Positions 28,680 to 44,429 are shown, counted from the stretch's first letter. The stretch: 64,000 bases of DNA from Pseudobdellovibrionaceae bacterium (GCA_044359815.1 JBIKLL010000002.1:79494-143493), one strand, 5' to 3'. Program-made: numbers and translations. The notes: generated from the sequence alone by a model not told the origin.

Positions 28680-31136
28680 CACCACCGCTAGCTGTATCTT
28701 CATCTTCAACAACGGCCAAGCTGGTTACCTTTTCGTCCTTTTCACTCAGATTGATTAATCTTACACCTTGAGTGTTTCGACCTAACACCGAGATATCCGA
28801 AACTTTCATTCGGATATTTTGGCCTTTATCGGTGCTCAAAATAACTTCCTGTCCGTTTTTCACCTTTTTGGCTCCGACAACGTTTCCTACTTTATCAGTC
28901 GTTTTCTGAGTGATAATTCCCACGCCGCCACGTCCTTGGATTCTGTATTCCTCTGCCTCTGATCGCTTACCGTAGCCGCTTTCAGTGACCATTAATACTG
29001 TGTCTTTGCTATCTTTCTCAAAGACTTCCATACTGATAACAATGTCTTTTTCACCCAGATTGATGCCACGTACGCCTCTGGCAGTTCTTCCCATGGCACG
29101 AACTTCCTCTTCTTCAAATCGGATCGACATGCCTTCTTTTGTTGCAATAAAAATTGTACTAGTACCATTGCTTAGTTTTGCATCAATTACGACGTCATCT
29201 AAATCCGTCGTGAGTGCAATAATCCCAGCAGTTCTTTGATTGGTAAACGCATCCAGGCTGGTTTTTTTGATAATACCCTTCTGGGTAACCATAACTACAA
29301 ATTGATCTTCTCTGAACTCATTTACGGGCAAAACAGCCATAACCTTTTCATTTGGTGACAGCTGAACGACATTGGCAATTGCTTTGCCTTTTGATGTTCT
29401 GTTTCCCAATGGCAATCTGTGAACTTTGCTCCAATACAATTTCCCTTTATCAGAAAAAATTAACAGAGTTGTTTTTGTACTGGCTGTAAAGATATCACGG
29501 ACATAGTCTTCTTCGCGAGTCTCCATACCCTTCAAGCCTTTGCCACCACGTTTTTGCAAACGGTACTGGTCCGTTGGAATTCGCTTAATATAACCTGTAT
29601 TGGTAATGGTCACGACCATTGGCTCTTCTGCGATCAAATCTTCGTCTTCGATGTCCTCTGTGGAACCAGTGATTTGCGTCTTACGTTTATCACCATACTT
29701 AGCTTGAATTTCTTTAAGCTCGGCCACGATGATTTTAAAAATTTCTTTCACATCACCCAAAACCATTTTCAGCCATTCAATTTGCTTTTGTAATTCTGCA
29801 AGCTCTTGTTCAATCTTGCCACGCTCAAGACCTGTCAGTCTTTGCAATCGCATTTCCAAAATAGCGACAGCTTGTTTTTCTGAAAAACCAAATTTTTCAA
29901 TCAGATTTGCTTTTGCTACATTGGCTTCGCTTGAAGCTTTAATTGTTTGAATAACTTGATCAATGATTTCGAGTGCTTTTTTAAGACCTTCTAAAATATG
30001 AGCTCTGTCTTGTGCTTTCTTAAGATCAAACAAACACCGCTTTGTGACCACGTCTCTGCGATGATCCACAAAAGCCTGCAGCATGCCTTTTAGATCAAAA
30101 GTCACAGGCTGATTTTTGGCATCCAGAGCCAGCATGATAATACCGAAACTGATTTGCATTTGTGTGAATTTATACAAACGATTCAAAATCACATTTGCGT
30201 TTTCACCACGTTTACAAACAATAACTATCCTCATGCCTTCGCGTGAAGATTCATCGCGGATATCTGAAATACCTTCGATTTGTTTTTCATGAACCAAATC
30301 AGCAATTGATTCGATCAATTTCGCTTTATTCACCTGATAGGGAATTTCGTTAACTATGATTTCTTCGTGGTCTTTCAAAGTTGTTATTTCTGTAACAGCT
30401 TTTAGGGTGATGATTCCTTTACCTTTTTTGTACGCTTGTAAAATTCCTTCTTTGCCAGAAATCACACCAGCTGATGGAAAATCAGGACCAGGAATTCTCT
30501 CGATCAACTCATCGATAGGACACTCAGGATTTCCAATCAAGTGAATGCAGCCATCGATTACTTCAGTCAAATTGTGAGGAGGAATATTGGTCGCCATACC
30601 CACTGCAATTCCAGCGCTACCGTTAACCAATAAATTTGGAAACTTAGCTGGCAAGACATGGGGTATTACTAATGAATCGTCATAGTTGGGACCAAAAGGA
30701 ACTGTTTCTTTGTCGATATCTTCCAGCAGCTCTTCTGCCAATCTGGTCATTCGAACTTCTGTGTAACGTTGAGCGGCTGGGCTGTCGCCATCGATAGATC
30801 CAAAATTTCCCTGTCCATCCACAAGCGGATATCGCAGTGAAAAATCCTGAGCCATTCTGACCATGGTATCGTAAACTGCGTTGTCACCATGAGGATGGTA
30901 TTTACCGATCACATCACCCACAACCCTGGCAGATTTTTTATAAGGTTTATCATGAGTGTTGCTCATCTCATGCATTGCAAACAACACACGTCTATGAACA
31001 GGCTTCAATCCATCCCGAACGTCTGGCAAAGCTCTGCCTACAATAACGCTCATCGAATACTGCAAATAAGCTTCACGCATTTCTTTGTTGATATCGACTA
31101 AGGTTATTCCGCGTTCTGGTGGAGGTGCTTGATCCA

Positions 31137-31137
<1 letters not shown>
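28660..31137 (-). CDS. gyrA: DNA gyrase subunit A
   Basis: [30 protein letters not shown], GyrA box QKRGGKG. Confidence 0.98.
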
Positions 31138-34705
<3,568 letters not shown>

Positions 34706-34706
34706 C

Positions 34707-35813
34707 TCAAATTCTCATTGGCATAACGACACAGGTATAATTTTTATCGTTATGGGGCCTGACAAGACCAGGGGACAGTTGATCATTGATTTCAAAATCA
34801 ACTTCTTCGTCCTGAATCACAGTCAAAACATCAGTGATGTATTTAGCATTAAAACCAATTTTTAAATCTTTTCCTGAGTATTCAATTTCCAGTTCTTCTT
34901 TAGCGTCGCCTAGTTCTGGATTGTTTGAAGCGATCTCCATTTTTCCCTTAACAATCGACAGCGTAACAGCTTTGGATTTGTAGTTTGCCAGCAAGCTAAC
35001 CCTCTTGAGTGAACTCAGAAAAGCCTCTCGGTTGATCGTTAACTTTTCTGTAAACTTTTGTGGAATAAACTGTTGATAATTTGGGTACTTTCCCTCGATC
35101 AGTCGAACCATTAAAACCGTGTCTTCATTTTTTAAAATTAGCTGTGATCCATCAACTGCCAGATGGATTGAGCCGTCTTCGGCATCTACCAATTTTTTAA
35201 TTTCATTCAAACCTTTTCTGGGAATAATAACTCCACCAGATGGAAGCTTAATTGGATTTTCAGATTCTTTAACAATCAAACTCAGCCGATGTCCGTCAGT
35301 GGCTACCATCGAATAAGCGTTATCGTCTTTCTGCTCAAAATAAACTCCGTTCAAATGATATCTGGTTTCATCATTCGAAACTGAATAAATTGTTTTTTCA
35401 ATCATTTCTCTTAAGGCTTCAGATTTGAGTTTTAAAAAATTTCCGTTTTCGTAAACTGGAAACACCGGATATTCCTCAGCGCTGATTCCCACCAGTTTTG
35501 AAGTGTACTTGCCTTGTTTTATTTCTAGCCAATTATTTTCTTTTTTAATTAAATTAATTGGACCTTCAGAAAGTTCACGAGTGATATCAAATAAATTTCT
35601 GGCGTTAACAGCAACTCGACCTTCTTGAGATATTTCTGCTGCACATGAATCTTTCAAACTGACTTCAAGATCTGTTGCAAAAACGGTTAGCTTTTTATTT
35701 TCTGCCTGTAACAGAACATTTACCAACACTGGCATTGCATTTCGTTTTTCAACGATGTTTTGCGTCCTGCTGAGTATTTGAACTAAATCCTTTTTTAGTA
35801 CAGTTATCTTCAT
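34707..35813 (-). CDS. dnaN: DNA polymerase III beta clamp
   Basis: ATDLEV, VATDGHRL, RLIEGKYPNY, IGFNAKY, VVMPMRI. Confidence 0.98.
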   Translation of the reverse strand: MKITVLKKDLVQILSRTQNIVEKRNAMPVLVNVLLQAENKKLTVFATDLEVSLKDSCAAEISQEGRVAVNARNLFDITRELSEGPINLIKKENNWLEIKQGKYTSKLVGISAEEYPVFPVYENGNFLKLKSEALREMIEKTIYSVSNDETRYHLNGVYFEQKDDNAYSMVATDGHRLSLIVKESENPIKLPSGGVIIPRKGLNEIKKLVDAEDGSIHLAVDGSQLILKNEDTVLMVRLIEGKYPNYQQFIPQKFTEKLTINREAFLSSLKRVSLLANYKSKAVTLSIVKGKMEIASNNPELGDAKEELEIEYSGKDLKIGFNAKYITDVLTVIQDEEVDFEINDQLSPGLVRPHNDKNYTCVVMPMRI

Positions 35814-36025
35814 CTTCTTAAACTCCTATACTATATTATATAAATATCTAGTAGTTGTAGTAGGAGCGTGGAAAACCTGTCAAACAACTTAAATACCTGA
35901 AAACAGTTCCTTTTAATTGTGGAATAACCTCTTAGATCTGGTGATCAGTTATCCACATTTTTTCTGTTAAAAGTTATCCCCTTTTTTATACCCCGGTTAT
36001 CCACGCCGAAAGACACAATCCCAAT
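35814..36025. other. replication origin oriC (dnaA-dnaN intergenic)
   Basis: DnaA boxes TTATCCACA 35949-35957 (perfect), TTATCCACG 35997-36005, TTATCCCCT 35974-35982, TATTCCACA (-) 35918-35926, TTTTCCACG (-) 35867-35875; DnaA-trios 35849-35863; AT-rich tract about 35827-35848. Confidence 0.9.
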
Positions 36026-37435
36026 TCACACCCCTGTGATATTGTGGATTCTGGTCACTAACTCTTCGATATCATTCTTAATACTTAAATCTTTTGCCTG
36101 TAGATGTTCGACCCGCTCAATGGCATTCATAACAGTCGTGTGGTCTTTGCCCCCAAAGGCTTTACCTATATCTACCAGGGATTTATCTAAATGCCGCTTA
36201 ATCAAGTACATAGCAATTTGTCTTGGTACCACTATTTGCTTTGCCCTGGCTGTTGATTTTAAATCCATGACTCGAATTTTAAAGTGGTCAGACACCAGTT
36301 TTTGGATATCCTCCAAAGAAATGGTCGTTTGAGTATCATGGTGAGCGAGTACTCGCCTAGTCAACTCAATATCAATGGTTAAACCTTGAAGTTCACTGAA
36401 CATTTTCACTTTTTTAATATTGCCTTCAAGCTCTCGGATTGATCTTTTGGATATCCTGGCTATGTAGTGAGCAACCTCATCAGGTAGCTTTAAGCCGACT
36501 TTTTCTGATTTGTAACGTAATATGGCTAGTCTGGTTTCAATGTCGGGCATTGAAATATCTGCGATCAAACCCCATTCCAAACGACTTCTGCTGCGGTCCT
36601 CAAGACCGTTGATGTCTTTTGGCATTCGATCACTGGCAACCACTACTTGTTTTTTATGTTCAAAAAATGAATTTAAAGTATGGAAAAACTCTTCCTGAGT
36701 GGCTTCTCCGCGTCCAATATACTGCACATCGTCAACTAAAAGGATGTCAGAATTCTCTCTATATCTTGATCTGAATTTATCCATTTCATGGCGACGTATT
36801 GCGGAAACACATTCGTTCAGAAAATCAGCAGCCAAAATGTAGTTGATCCTTAGATGAGGAAAATTTGACTTAATGTGATTACCCACCGCATGCAAAAGAT
36901 GGGTTTTACCCATTCCAACAGGACCGCAAATAAACAAGGGATTATAGCCCTCAGACCCAGGGTTTTGAGCAACATTAAATGAGGCTGCATGTGCAAACTC
37001 AGTGTTTTTACCCACTACAAATGTTGAAAAAGTATAGTCTGAGTTCAGTTCTTTTGCGTTTTTTATTACCTGATAGGAGGGCATTGCTTGTTGTTGAACA
37101 ACGGGTTGAGAAGGCCTCAAATCAATGGTTTGTTCAAAACTGATCTGTGGATCATTGGAAATCAGGTTTTTAAGCTGAGAAACTACGATATCGACTTCAA
37201 AATCTTTGCGATAAATATCTGAAATTTCTCCATAAATTTTATCCAGAAGGTTTTCCACAACAAAATATTGGTGTAGCGAACTGGGTACCCCAAGAATCAT
37301 TTTAGATGATTGTTGATTCTGAACCGTTTCTAAAAATTTAATCGGTTCAATCCAAGTTTCGACTAACTTGTTGTCTTTATTTCTGTTTTTGATCCGATCT
37401 TTGATTTGTCCCCAAAGATCAGCGTTGAGCTCCAC
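36026..37435 (-). CDS. dnaA: chromosomal replication initiator DnaA
   Basis: YNPLFICGPVGMGKTHLLHA, LLVDDVQ, QEEFFHTLN, FGGKDHTTV; GTG start with GAGGGGG RBS. Confidence 0.98.
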   Translation of the reverse strand: MELNADLWGQIKDRIKNRNKDNKLVETWIEPIKFLETVQNQQSSKMILGVPSSLHQYFVVENLLDKIYGEISDIYRKDFEVDIVVSQLKNLISNDPQISFEQTIDLRPSQPVVQQQAMPSYQVIKNAKELNSDYTFSTFVVGKNTEFAHAASFNVAQNPGSEGYNPLFICGPVGMGKTHLLHAVGNHIKSNFPHLRINYILAADFLNECVSAIRRHEMDKFRSRYRENSDILLVDDVQYIGRGEATQEEFFHTLNSFFEHKKQVVVASDRMPKDINGLEDRSRSRLEWGLIADISMPDIETRLAILRYKSEKVGLKLPDEVAHYIARISKRSIRELEGNIKKVKMFSELQGLTIDIELTRRVLAHHDTQTTISLEDIQKLVSDHFKIRVMDLKSTARAKQIVVPRQIAMYLIKRHLDKSLVDIGKAFGGKDHTTVMNAIERVEHLQAKDLSIKNDIEELVTRIHNITGV

Positions 37436-37612
37436 TTAATTACCCCCTCTAAGACCTGATAACTTTTTAATCAGGCCCTGGATATCAGGCCCTAGCAGGC
37501 TTTTCAATAGTTGACCTGAATGATGCAATATGATTTTATCTGCCTCCAAGTTTCAATAACCATAAGTGTTATTACAAATGACGGTACAACTAGTCGTAAA
37601 GATGGAGAAAAT

Positions 37613-37762
37613 ATGAAAAGAACATACCAACCAAGCAAAAAACGCAGAAAAACTACTCATGGTTTTAGAGCCCGTATGGCCACTAAAAAAGGCAGAGCAG
37701 TGCTTTCAAGAAGACGCGCTAAGGGTCGCAAAAGACTTGTAGTCGAAGTTAGTGGTAAATAA
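37613..37762 (+). CDS. rpmH: 50S ribosomal protein L34
   Basis: Start revised to [29 protein letters not shown]. Confidence 0.97.
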   Translation: MKRTYQPSKKRRKTTHGFRARMATKKGRAVLSRRRAKGRKRLVVEVSGK

Positions 37763-38096
37763 GAAGTCTAAATCTACCCAAAAAACATCTCGCTTTTTTG
37801 ACAATGATAAACAGACAAAACGCTTTTTTCCGGAACCTTGGTTAATGGCGCTTTATCAAAAATCAAAAGCAACAGATTTTGAATTTGCAGTTTCAATCAA
37901 CCGAACACTAGCAAATGCTGTTATACGAAACAGAGTCAAAAGATGGACACGAGAGTTTTTTAGAAAGTGCGAAGGAATCAATGGGTTTAAACTTTTATTG
38001 GTCTTTAAAAAATCAGAACAAAAATTATCACAATTGCAATCAAAACAATATTTCGATGTCTGTCGCAAAATTGCCACCAAAATTGAACCTAAATAG
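37752..38096 (+). CDS. rnpA: ribonuclease P protein component (divergent)
   Basis: [17 protein letters not shown] motif, directly after rpmH. Confidence 0.85.
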   Translation: MVNKKSKSTQKTSRFFDNDKQTKRFFPEPWLMALYQKSKATDFEFAVSINRTLANAVIRNRVKRWTREFFRKCEGINGFKLLLVFKKSEQKLSQLQSKQYFDVCRKIATKIEPK

Positions 38097-38319
38097 TCTG
38101 GGAATTTTTTTGATAAGAGTTTATCAAAATATTTTTTCAGTGTTTTTTGGTGGTAACTGCAAATTCTATCCATCGTGTTCAAACTATGCTTTAGAGAGTT
38201 TTGAAAAACACAATTTTTTAAATGCCAGCAAACTTACAGCATTGAGACTAAGCAAATGTCATCCCTTCAGCACAGCAAGCGGTATTGATCTGGTACCAGA
38301 AAGCAATAATGGAAAATAA
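38083..38319 (+). CDS. yidD: membrane protein insertion efficiency factor YidD; start uncertain
   Basis: LIRVYQ...CKFYPSCSNYA...RLSKCHPF...GIDLVP. Confidence 0.9.
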   Translation: MNLNSLGIFLIRVYQNIFSVFFGGNCKFYPSCSNYALESFEKHNFLNASKLTALRLSKCHPFSTASGIDLVPESNNGK

Positions 38320-39931
38320 CAATTCAAACTTTCTAGATTCAAAAACGATCGTTGCGATTTTTATCATGGCTGCGATTTTTATCGGTTGGCAGTACTACAT
38401 TAAAACTAAGTATCCTGAAATGTATGTTAAAAAAGACCCAGCAGTTAGTGCTCAGGTAAATACTAACGAAACGCCTGCGACGGCTCAGCCGGCAAATTTA
38501 GAAAATCAAAAACCCACACTAGCGATTGATTCTAAATTACCAGCAAAAGAAGATATAAAAACAATTGAAGGTAAAAACCTTACCTTAAATGTATCAACAA
38601 TTGGCTTAGGAATTAAAAACCTTAAGATCAAAAACTACACGGATCGTGACCAGAAAACTATTCAGATGGCAGAGGAAGGAACTGGGGCTCTATTTGAATT
38701 GACTGTGAATAAACCTGAGGAAAAGTTGGCTTTTAAAATTATTGAGTCTTCAGAAAACAAGATTGTAGGGGTTGCTGATTATAAGGGTGCTAAGATTGAA
38801 CGAACGATAACATTTGATGATGCTACCTACAGTTTCAATAACCAGGTAAAGATTGTTAACAACAATAAAGCCATTCTTACTGTGAATTTTAATATAACTG
38901 ACAAGCTTGAGGACTTTCCTGCGGGCAGTTTTTTTGCACCAGCACTGGATCATCAAGAGGTAACAGTTAATCATACAGACGTGACAGACAGATTTGCGAT
39001 TTCAAATATAACTGACCCTGTTATAAAAAACCTACCTACTGCCAGATTACTGGGTGTGGGTACCAGATATTTTGCGGCTGCGATGATCGATAACTCAGAG
39101 ATATTTCCAGAAGCTGTAGTGGTGACAGATCTGAAAAATAAAACAGTTCATTCTGCTATGGTGTATTCAATCAATTCAGCAGATGGTGTTGAGTCCGTTT
39201 TGAATTTTAAAACTTTCGCTGGGCCTAAACATCTAGACACACTACAAAAAGATCCTCATTTGCCATTGCTTATTGATCTGGGATTTTTCAGCAGTATTGC
39301 AAAATATCTGTTGGGACTTTTGAAATGGTTAAATACCTTTGTCAGCAATTGGGGCGTTTCGATTATTTTATTAACCCTGATTGTTCGTTTTATCGTGATG
39401 CCATTTAATATATTCAGCTATAAATCTATGAAACGCATGCAGTTGGTTCAGCCCCAAATACAACAACTGCGCGAAAGATACAAAGATGATGCAAAAACGT
39501 TGAACCAAGAAATTATGGTTTTAATGAAAGAGCACAAGGTAAATCCACTAGGCGGTTGTTTACCTATGTTGTTACAAATGCCAGTATTTTTTGCTCTTTA
39601 CCAGGTGCTTGGGCTCTCAGTGGACTTGTATCATGCACCTTTTATTTTTTGGATCAAAGATCTTAGCACCAAAGATCCCTATTTTGTGTTGCCCATTTTG
39701 ATGGGTATTGCCATGTTTATTCAGCAAAAAATCACACCCCATACAATGGATCCACAGCAAGCTAGAATTATGCAGTTTTTGCCGATTTTATTTTCGTTAA
39801 TGACCTTTGGATTACCCAGCGGACTGACGCTGTATATTTTTATCAGTACATTGTTTGGAGTGATTCAACAGCAGATATTTATGAGAGACAGTAGCACACC
39901 AGTAAAAATTGAAAACAAAGCTCGAGCTTGA
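38309..39931 (+). CDS. yidC: membrane protein insertase YidC
   Basis: NWGVSIILLTLIVR, NPLGGCLPMLLQMPVF, WIKDLS, DPYFVLP, PSGLTLY. Confidence 0.97.
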   Translation: MENNNSNFLDSKTIVAIFIMAAIFIGWQYYIKTKYPEMYVKKDPAVSAQVNTNETPATAQPANLENQKPTLAIDSKLPAKEDIKTIEGKNLTLNVSTIGLGIKNLKIKNYTDRDQKTIQMAEEGTGALFELTVNKPEEKLAFKIIESSENKIVGVADYKGAKIERTITFDDATYSFNNQVKIVNNNKAILTVNFNITDKLEDFPAGSFFAPALDHQEVTVNHTDVTDRFAISNITDPVIKNLPTARLLGVGTRYFAAAMIDNSEIFPEAVVVTDLKNKTVHSAMVYSINSADGVESVLNFKTFAGPKHLDTLQKDPHLPLLIDLGFFSSIAKYLLGLLKWLNTFVSNWGVSIILLTLIVRFIVMPFNIFSYKSMKRMQLVQPQIQQLRERYKDDAKTLNQEIMVLMKEHKVNPLGGCLPMLLQMPVFFALYQVLGLSVDLYHAPFIFWIKDLSTKDPYFVLPILMGIAMFIQQKITPHTMDPQQARIMQFLPILFSLMTFGLPSGLTLYIFISTLFGVIQQQIFMRDSSTPVKIENKARA

Positions 39932-39944
39932 AAGAGAGGAAGAT

Positions 39945-40481
39945 ATGAATTTTTTAAGTAAAATATTTGGAGGAAAAAAGGAAGGGTCAGCAACTGTAGA
40001 GCAGTTGGTTGAGGACACTTTAAACGGAATCATCAATGCTGGGCATTTTGATTTAAAATTTACCCTAGATACTGATGCTGATGGAAATATTAAAATTGAA
40101 TTAGCTGGAGATGATGAAGAATTGGTAACCAGTAAAGACGGTCAGATCTTGGAATCAATTCAGCTATTTTTGAAACGTGTTTGTCAGCACAGGTTTCCCG
40201 AGGACAACACAGAAATAACAATTGATTGTGGTGGTTTTTGGGAAGAATCGAATCAGGCGCTGATCGAATTGGCCGAAAAACTTAAAAACGTTGCTATCGA
40301 TAAAGGCCGATCTGTTTATTTTAGAGCGCTTCCGCCAAAGGACAGAAAAGTGATTCATCAATATTTGGCAACTGATGAAAGAGTGAAAAGTCGCTCTGTG
40401 GGTGAAGGATTGTTTAAAAAAATTAAGATTTATCCTGCAAAGGCTCAGCAACAAGAACGTGAAGATGAAGTGCAAGCTTAG
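39945..40481 (+). CDS. jag: Jag/KhpB-family RNA-binding protein (KH + R3H)
   Basis: KDGQILESIQ (KH-like), DRKVIH...SRSVGEG (R3H); lies between yidC and mnmE. Confidence 0.85.
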   Translation: MNFLSKIFGGKKEGSATVEQLVEDTLNGIINAGHFDLKFTLDTDADGNIKIELAGDDEELVTSKDGQILESIQLFLKRVCQHRFPEDNTEITIDCGGFWEESNQALIELAEKLKNVAIDKGRSVYFRALPPKDRKVIHQYLATDERVKSRSVGEGLFKKIKIYPAKAQQQEREDEVQA

Positions 40482-40486
40482 TTCCT

Positions 40487-41875
40487 ATGATTTTATTTGG
40501 CAAAGATCGAACAAACACTACTATCTGTGCCTTAGCGTCTGCTGAGGGTGCTGCGGGAATTTCGGTTATCCGGATTTCCGGTAGTGATTGTTTATCAATT
40601 GTCAGAAAGTCAGCCCGGTTTTTACCTGAAAATTTAGCCAGCCATACAATTTATTTTGGAACTTTTATTGACCCCTCATCAGATGAACTTGTTGATGAAG
40701 TTTTGATAAGTTTTTTTGCTAACAAGAAATCTTATACTGGTGAAGAAACGATTGAAATTTCCTGTCATGGAAGTCCCATCATTGTTGATAAGATTTTAGA
40801 GATTCTGTGCAGAGCTGGTTGTAAAGTGGCCTTGAATGGCGAATTTACTTACAGAGCTTTTCTGAATGGTAAAATTGATTTGGTAAAGGCCGAAAGTATT
40901 TTGGGACTGATTCACAGTTCTACTGAGGCTTCAGCAAAAGCAAATTTGAATCTGCTTAAGGGATCTCTATCCAACAGAATCAAGCATCTTGAAAATTCTG
41001 TGTTAGAAGTTTTGGCTCATATAGAAGCTGATATTGATTTTTCCACCGAGAATTTAAATACTTTTGAACCACAACAGATTGTTGAGAGGCTTCAGAATAT
41101 AATCGACGAGATTACAAAAATTTGTTTCAGTTTTGAACAAGGTAAAGTTGTAACAAAAGGCATATCGGTGGCGATTTGTGGTAAACCCAATGTAGGTAAA
41201 TCATCATTGTTTAATTGTTTGTTGGATGAAGACAGGGCATTGGTTTCTGAGTTTGCCGGAACAACCAGGGACTCAATTGACAGTTCAATAATCATAAATG
41301 GTATTCAAGTTAGGTTAATAGACACAGCTGGAGTCAGGGACACAGATGATTTTGTTGAGTCTATGGGTATTGAGAAGACCAAAGAAGTAGCAGCAAAAGC
41401 TGATTACATTTTCTATGTGGTTTCACCAGAGTTGGAAAGTTTTGAAGCTGATGTAAAGTATCTGGAAGGTTATTCAGATAAAAAAATTGTGTTGATTCTG
41501 AATAAAGCAGATTTAATGGATTCAGCGGGAGATTTTGCGAAAAATGTTTTAAAGCAACAGTTTCGTAACGATGTCTTGATTGCTAGCTCTAAGAATCGCG
41601 ATGTTTTTTCTGTGATTGAATTTTTAAAAAATGAACTTGGCCAAGAAACTGTTCAAAAAGATGTTGTTATAACAAATCATCGTCAGTTTGAATCATTGGA
41701 TAGCGCATTGAGGGCGGTCGCCAAAGCGACTGAGAATTTGAAGGACGGTTACGGTGCCGAAGTTGCTTCACTGGATTTAAAGGACGCTTATCTGCATTTA
41801 CAGAATGTTGTGGGTTCGTCTTACGATGACCAAGTTATCGATAAGATTTTCAAGGAGTTTTGCCTTGGAAAATAA
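40487..41875 (+). CDS. mnmE: tRNA modification GTPase MnmE
   Basis: [48 protein letters not shown]. Confidence 0.97.
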   Translation: MILFGKDRTNTTICALASAEGAAGISVIRISGSDCLSIVRKSARFLPENLASHTIYFGTFIDPSSDELVDEVLISFFANKKSYTGEETIEISCHGSPIIVDKILEILCRAGCKVALNGEFTYRAFLNGKIDLVKAESILGLIHSSTEASAKANLNLLKGSLSNRIKHLENSVLEVLAHIEADIDFSTENLNTFEPQQIVERLQNIIDEITKICFSFEQGKVVTKGISVAICGKPNVGKSSLFNCLLDEDRALVSEFAGTTRDSIDSSIIINGIQVRLIDTAGVRDTDDFVESMGIEKTKEVAAKADYIFYVVSPELESFEADVKYLEGYSDKKIVLILNKADLMDSAGDFAKNVLKQQFRNDVLIASSKNRDVFSVIEFLKNELGQETVQKDVVITNHRQFESLDSALRAVAKATENLKDGYGAEVASLDLKDAYLHLQNVVGSSYDDQVIDKIFKEFCLGK

Positions 41876-43748
41876 TTTTGATGTTGTAGTTATTGGTTTA
41901 GGTCATGCAGGTATTGAGGCAGCAAATTCATGCGCTAAACTGGGAATGAATGTTTTAGCGGTGACGTCGAATATTAATCGTATTGGATATATGAGTTGCA
42001 ATCCTTCAATAGGTGGATTGGCAAAGGGTCACATGGTCAGGGAAGTCGATGTTTTAGGTGGAGTGATGGGGCAGATAGCTGACGCCACCTGCATTCAGTT
42101 TAAAAGATTAAATTCCAGAAAGGGTCCGGCTGTCAGAGGATCACGGGCTCAATGTGATAAGGTTCAGTACGCTAAGACAGCTCAGGAAAAATTAGGTAAA
42201 TTAGAAAAGTTAAAAATCATCGAAGGTGAAGTTACAAAACTGTTGATTGAAACAAACAGAATCTATGGCATCGAACTCAAGGATGGCAGTCGGATTTTAG
42301 CTTCTGCCGTTGTTGTCACCACGGGAACGTTTATGAACGGTGTTATGCATATGGGTTTGAATGCTGTTTCAGGTGGTCGCGCGGGTGATAAAGCAACTAA
42401 AGGAATTTCTGATCAATTAGTATCAATGGGGTTTAATGTTCGACGTTTGAAAACTGGAACTCCTGCGCGATTGCGATCAGGCAGTATCGATTTTTCAAAA
42501 ACTGTTGCTCAGTATGGAGATAATAAATTTTTTCCTTTCAGCGCCAGTTCAAACGATAAGCTGATTTTGCCTCAGATTGCTTGTTATTTATCCAGAACAA
42601 CAGAACAGACCCATGATATTATTCGTAAAAATATTCATTTATCCCCGATGTATTGCGGGATTATTGAGGGTACAGGTCCTCGTTACTGCCCATCAATCGA
42701 AGATAAGATCAGTCGTTTTAAAGATCGTGATTCACATCAAACGTTTTTGGAACCTGAGAGCCTATCCACAGATCAGATATATTTGCAGGGCATTTCAACC
42801 AGTTTGCCTGAAGATGTTCAGCTACAGTTTTTAAAAACTATTCCGGGCTTAGAAAACGTAGAAGTTATTAGATACGGTTACGCTGTCGAATATGATTTTA
42901 TTGAACCCACTCAAATAAAGCATTCTTTGGAAACCCGAGGTATTGCAGGTTTATTTTTGGCGGGACAAATTAACGGGACTTCTGGATATGAAGAGGCCGC
43001 TGCTCAGGGTTTGATTGCTGGAATAAACGCAGTTCATTTTATTAAGCAGATTGATCCTTTGATCTTGTCTAGATCGCAAGCTTACATTGGAGTATTAATA
43101 GATGACTTGGTTACAAAGGGAACTTTGGAACCTTATCGAATGTTTACATCCAGAGCAGAACATAGACTAGTTTTACGAGAAGATAATACATTTAGTAGGT
43201 TAAGTGATATTAGCACCTCGCTTGGTTTATTGGAAAATCAAGTTTTAGATAGGCTAAGGAAGCAAGATTCTGACAAAATTGCAGCATTGAAGACAATGAA
43301 CGAAAACAGTGTATACCCGGTTAAGGAAACTCAAGATAAATTAGTCCAGATGGGGTCTACAGTTTTACTAAAACCTTTTAAATTAAATGAGTTATTACGA
43401 AGACCTGAGATTAATTGTTTTGATTTAAATGAGCTTGGATTTGATTTTTCCAAGTTTGATCCTTGGGCTCTGGAAGCTGCTGAAGTAGAGGTCAAATATC
43501 AGGGTTACATAAAAAAGCAGTACGAGTTGATTAAGTTAATGGAAAGTTTTGAAGAGTTTCTGATTCCTGTAGAGTTTGATTTTGATTCCGTAAAAGGATT
43601 GTCAAATGAAGAGAAAGAGAAATTGAAGTCTAAAAAGCCTAGGACTATTGGGCAGGCTCAACGCATAAGTGGTGTAAATCCATCTGGAATTCAGGCAATA
43701 ATAATAAGGTTAAAGGGATCAAAAAGTTTCGCACAAAATTATTGTTGA
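41865..43748 (+). CDS. mnmG: tRNA modification enzyme MnmG (GidA)
   Basis: Start revised to TTG 41865 (AAGGAG RBS); [43 protein letters not shown]. Confidence 0.97.
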   Translation: MENNFDVVVIGLGHAGIEAANSCAKLGMNVLAVTSNINRIGYMSCNPSIGGLAKGHMVREVDVLGGVMGQIADATCIQFKRLNSRKGPAVRGSRAQCDKVQYAKTAQEKLGKLEKLKIIEGEVTKLLIETNRIYGIELKDGSRILASAVVVTTGTFMNGVMHMGLNAVSGGRAGDKATKGISDQLVSMGFNVRRLKTGTPARLRSGSIDFSKTVAQYGDNKFFPFSASSNDKLILPQIACYLSRTTEQTHDIIRKNIHLSPMYCGIIEGTGPRYCPSIEDKISRFKDRDSHQTFLEPESLSTDQIYLQGISTSLPEDVQLQFLKTIPGLENVEVIRYGYAVEYDFIEPTQIKHSLETRGIAGLFLAGQINGTSGYEEAAAQGLIAGINAVHFIKQIDPLILSRSQAYIGVLIDDLVTKGTLEPYRMFTSRAEHRLVLREDNTFSRLSDISTSLGLLENQVLDRLRKQDSDKIAALKTMNENSVYPVKETQDKLVQMGSTVLLKPFKLNELLRRPEINCFDLNELGFDFSKFDPWALEAAEVEVKYQGYIKKQYELIKLMESFEEFLIPVEFDFDSVKGLSNEEKEKLKSKKPRTIGQAQRISGVNPSGIQAIIIRLKGSKSFAQNYC

Positions 43749-43760
43749 TAGGATTGCACA

Positions 43761-44429
43761 ATGCCTGCAGAAGCAGATGCCAGTTTAGGCAACGGTATTC
43801 ATTGGAGATTGCCTGAGTGGTTTCCTAGTTTAAATTCGACACAATTGGGATTATTGAAGCAATATTTTCAGGAGCTGATTAAATTTAATAAGACGATAAA
43901 TTTAGTGAGTTCTAAAACAATTCCATTTGCTGATGTGATTCATTTTGCGGACTGTATTGAAGCGTCGAAGTTAATATTTGAGAAATATCAACCGACTGAA
44001 GTCTGGGATTTTGGCTCAGGCAATGGATTTCCTGGAATTGTATTTGCGATTTTGCAACCTAATATAAGATTTGTGTTACTGGACAGTGATGTTCGAAAAA
44101 CTGAGTTTCTAAAAACTGTGGTTCAGAACCTTGGGTTAAAGAATGTCGAGGTTAAAGCCGGTTCAATTGAAAATCTAAAAGATGGTACCGTTAAGTTTTG
44201 TGTATCAAGAGGTTTGTCTGTTTTATCAAAAGCAATATTGCAAGCACGTAAGGTAGTTCCAAAGGGCGGAATATATTGTCACCTGAAAAGTGAAGAGTGG
44301 GGAAAAGAGATTGCTGATATACCTACTCAGCTTTGTTCATTCTGGTCACCAGGATTACTTGGTGAGTATCGACTACCCATTGGTGAAGTTAAGTTTTCTG
44401 TAGTGATTACAGAGAGATTGAGTAATTGA
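43761..44429 (+). CDS. rsmG: 16S rRNA m7G527 methyltransferase RsmG (GidB)
   Basis: NKTINLVS, HFAD, DFGSGNGFPG; follows mnmG. Confidence 0.93.
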   Translation: MPAEADASLGNGIHWRLPEWFPSLNSTQLGLLKQYFQELIKFNKTINLVSSKTIPFADVIHFADCIEASKLIFEKYQPTEVWDFGSGNGFPGIVFAILQPNIRFVLLDSDVRKTEFLKTVVQNLGLKNVEVKAGSIENLKDGTVKFCVSRGLSVLSKAILQARKVVPKGGIYCHLKSEEWGKEIADIPTQLCSFWSPGLLGEYRLPIGEVKFSVVITERLSN

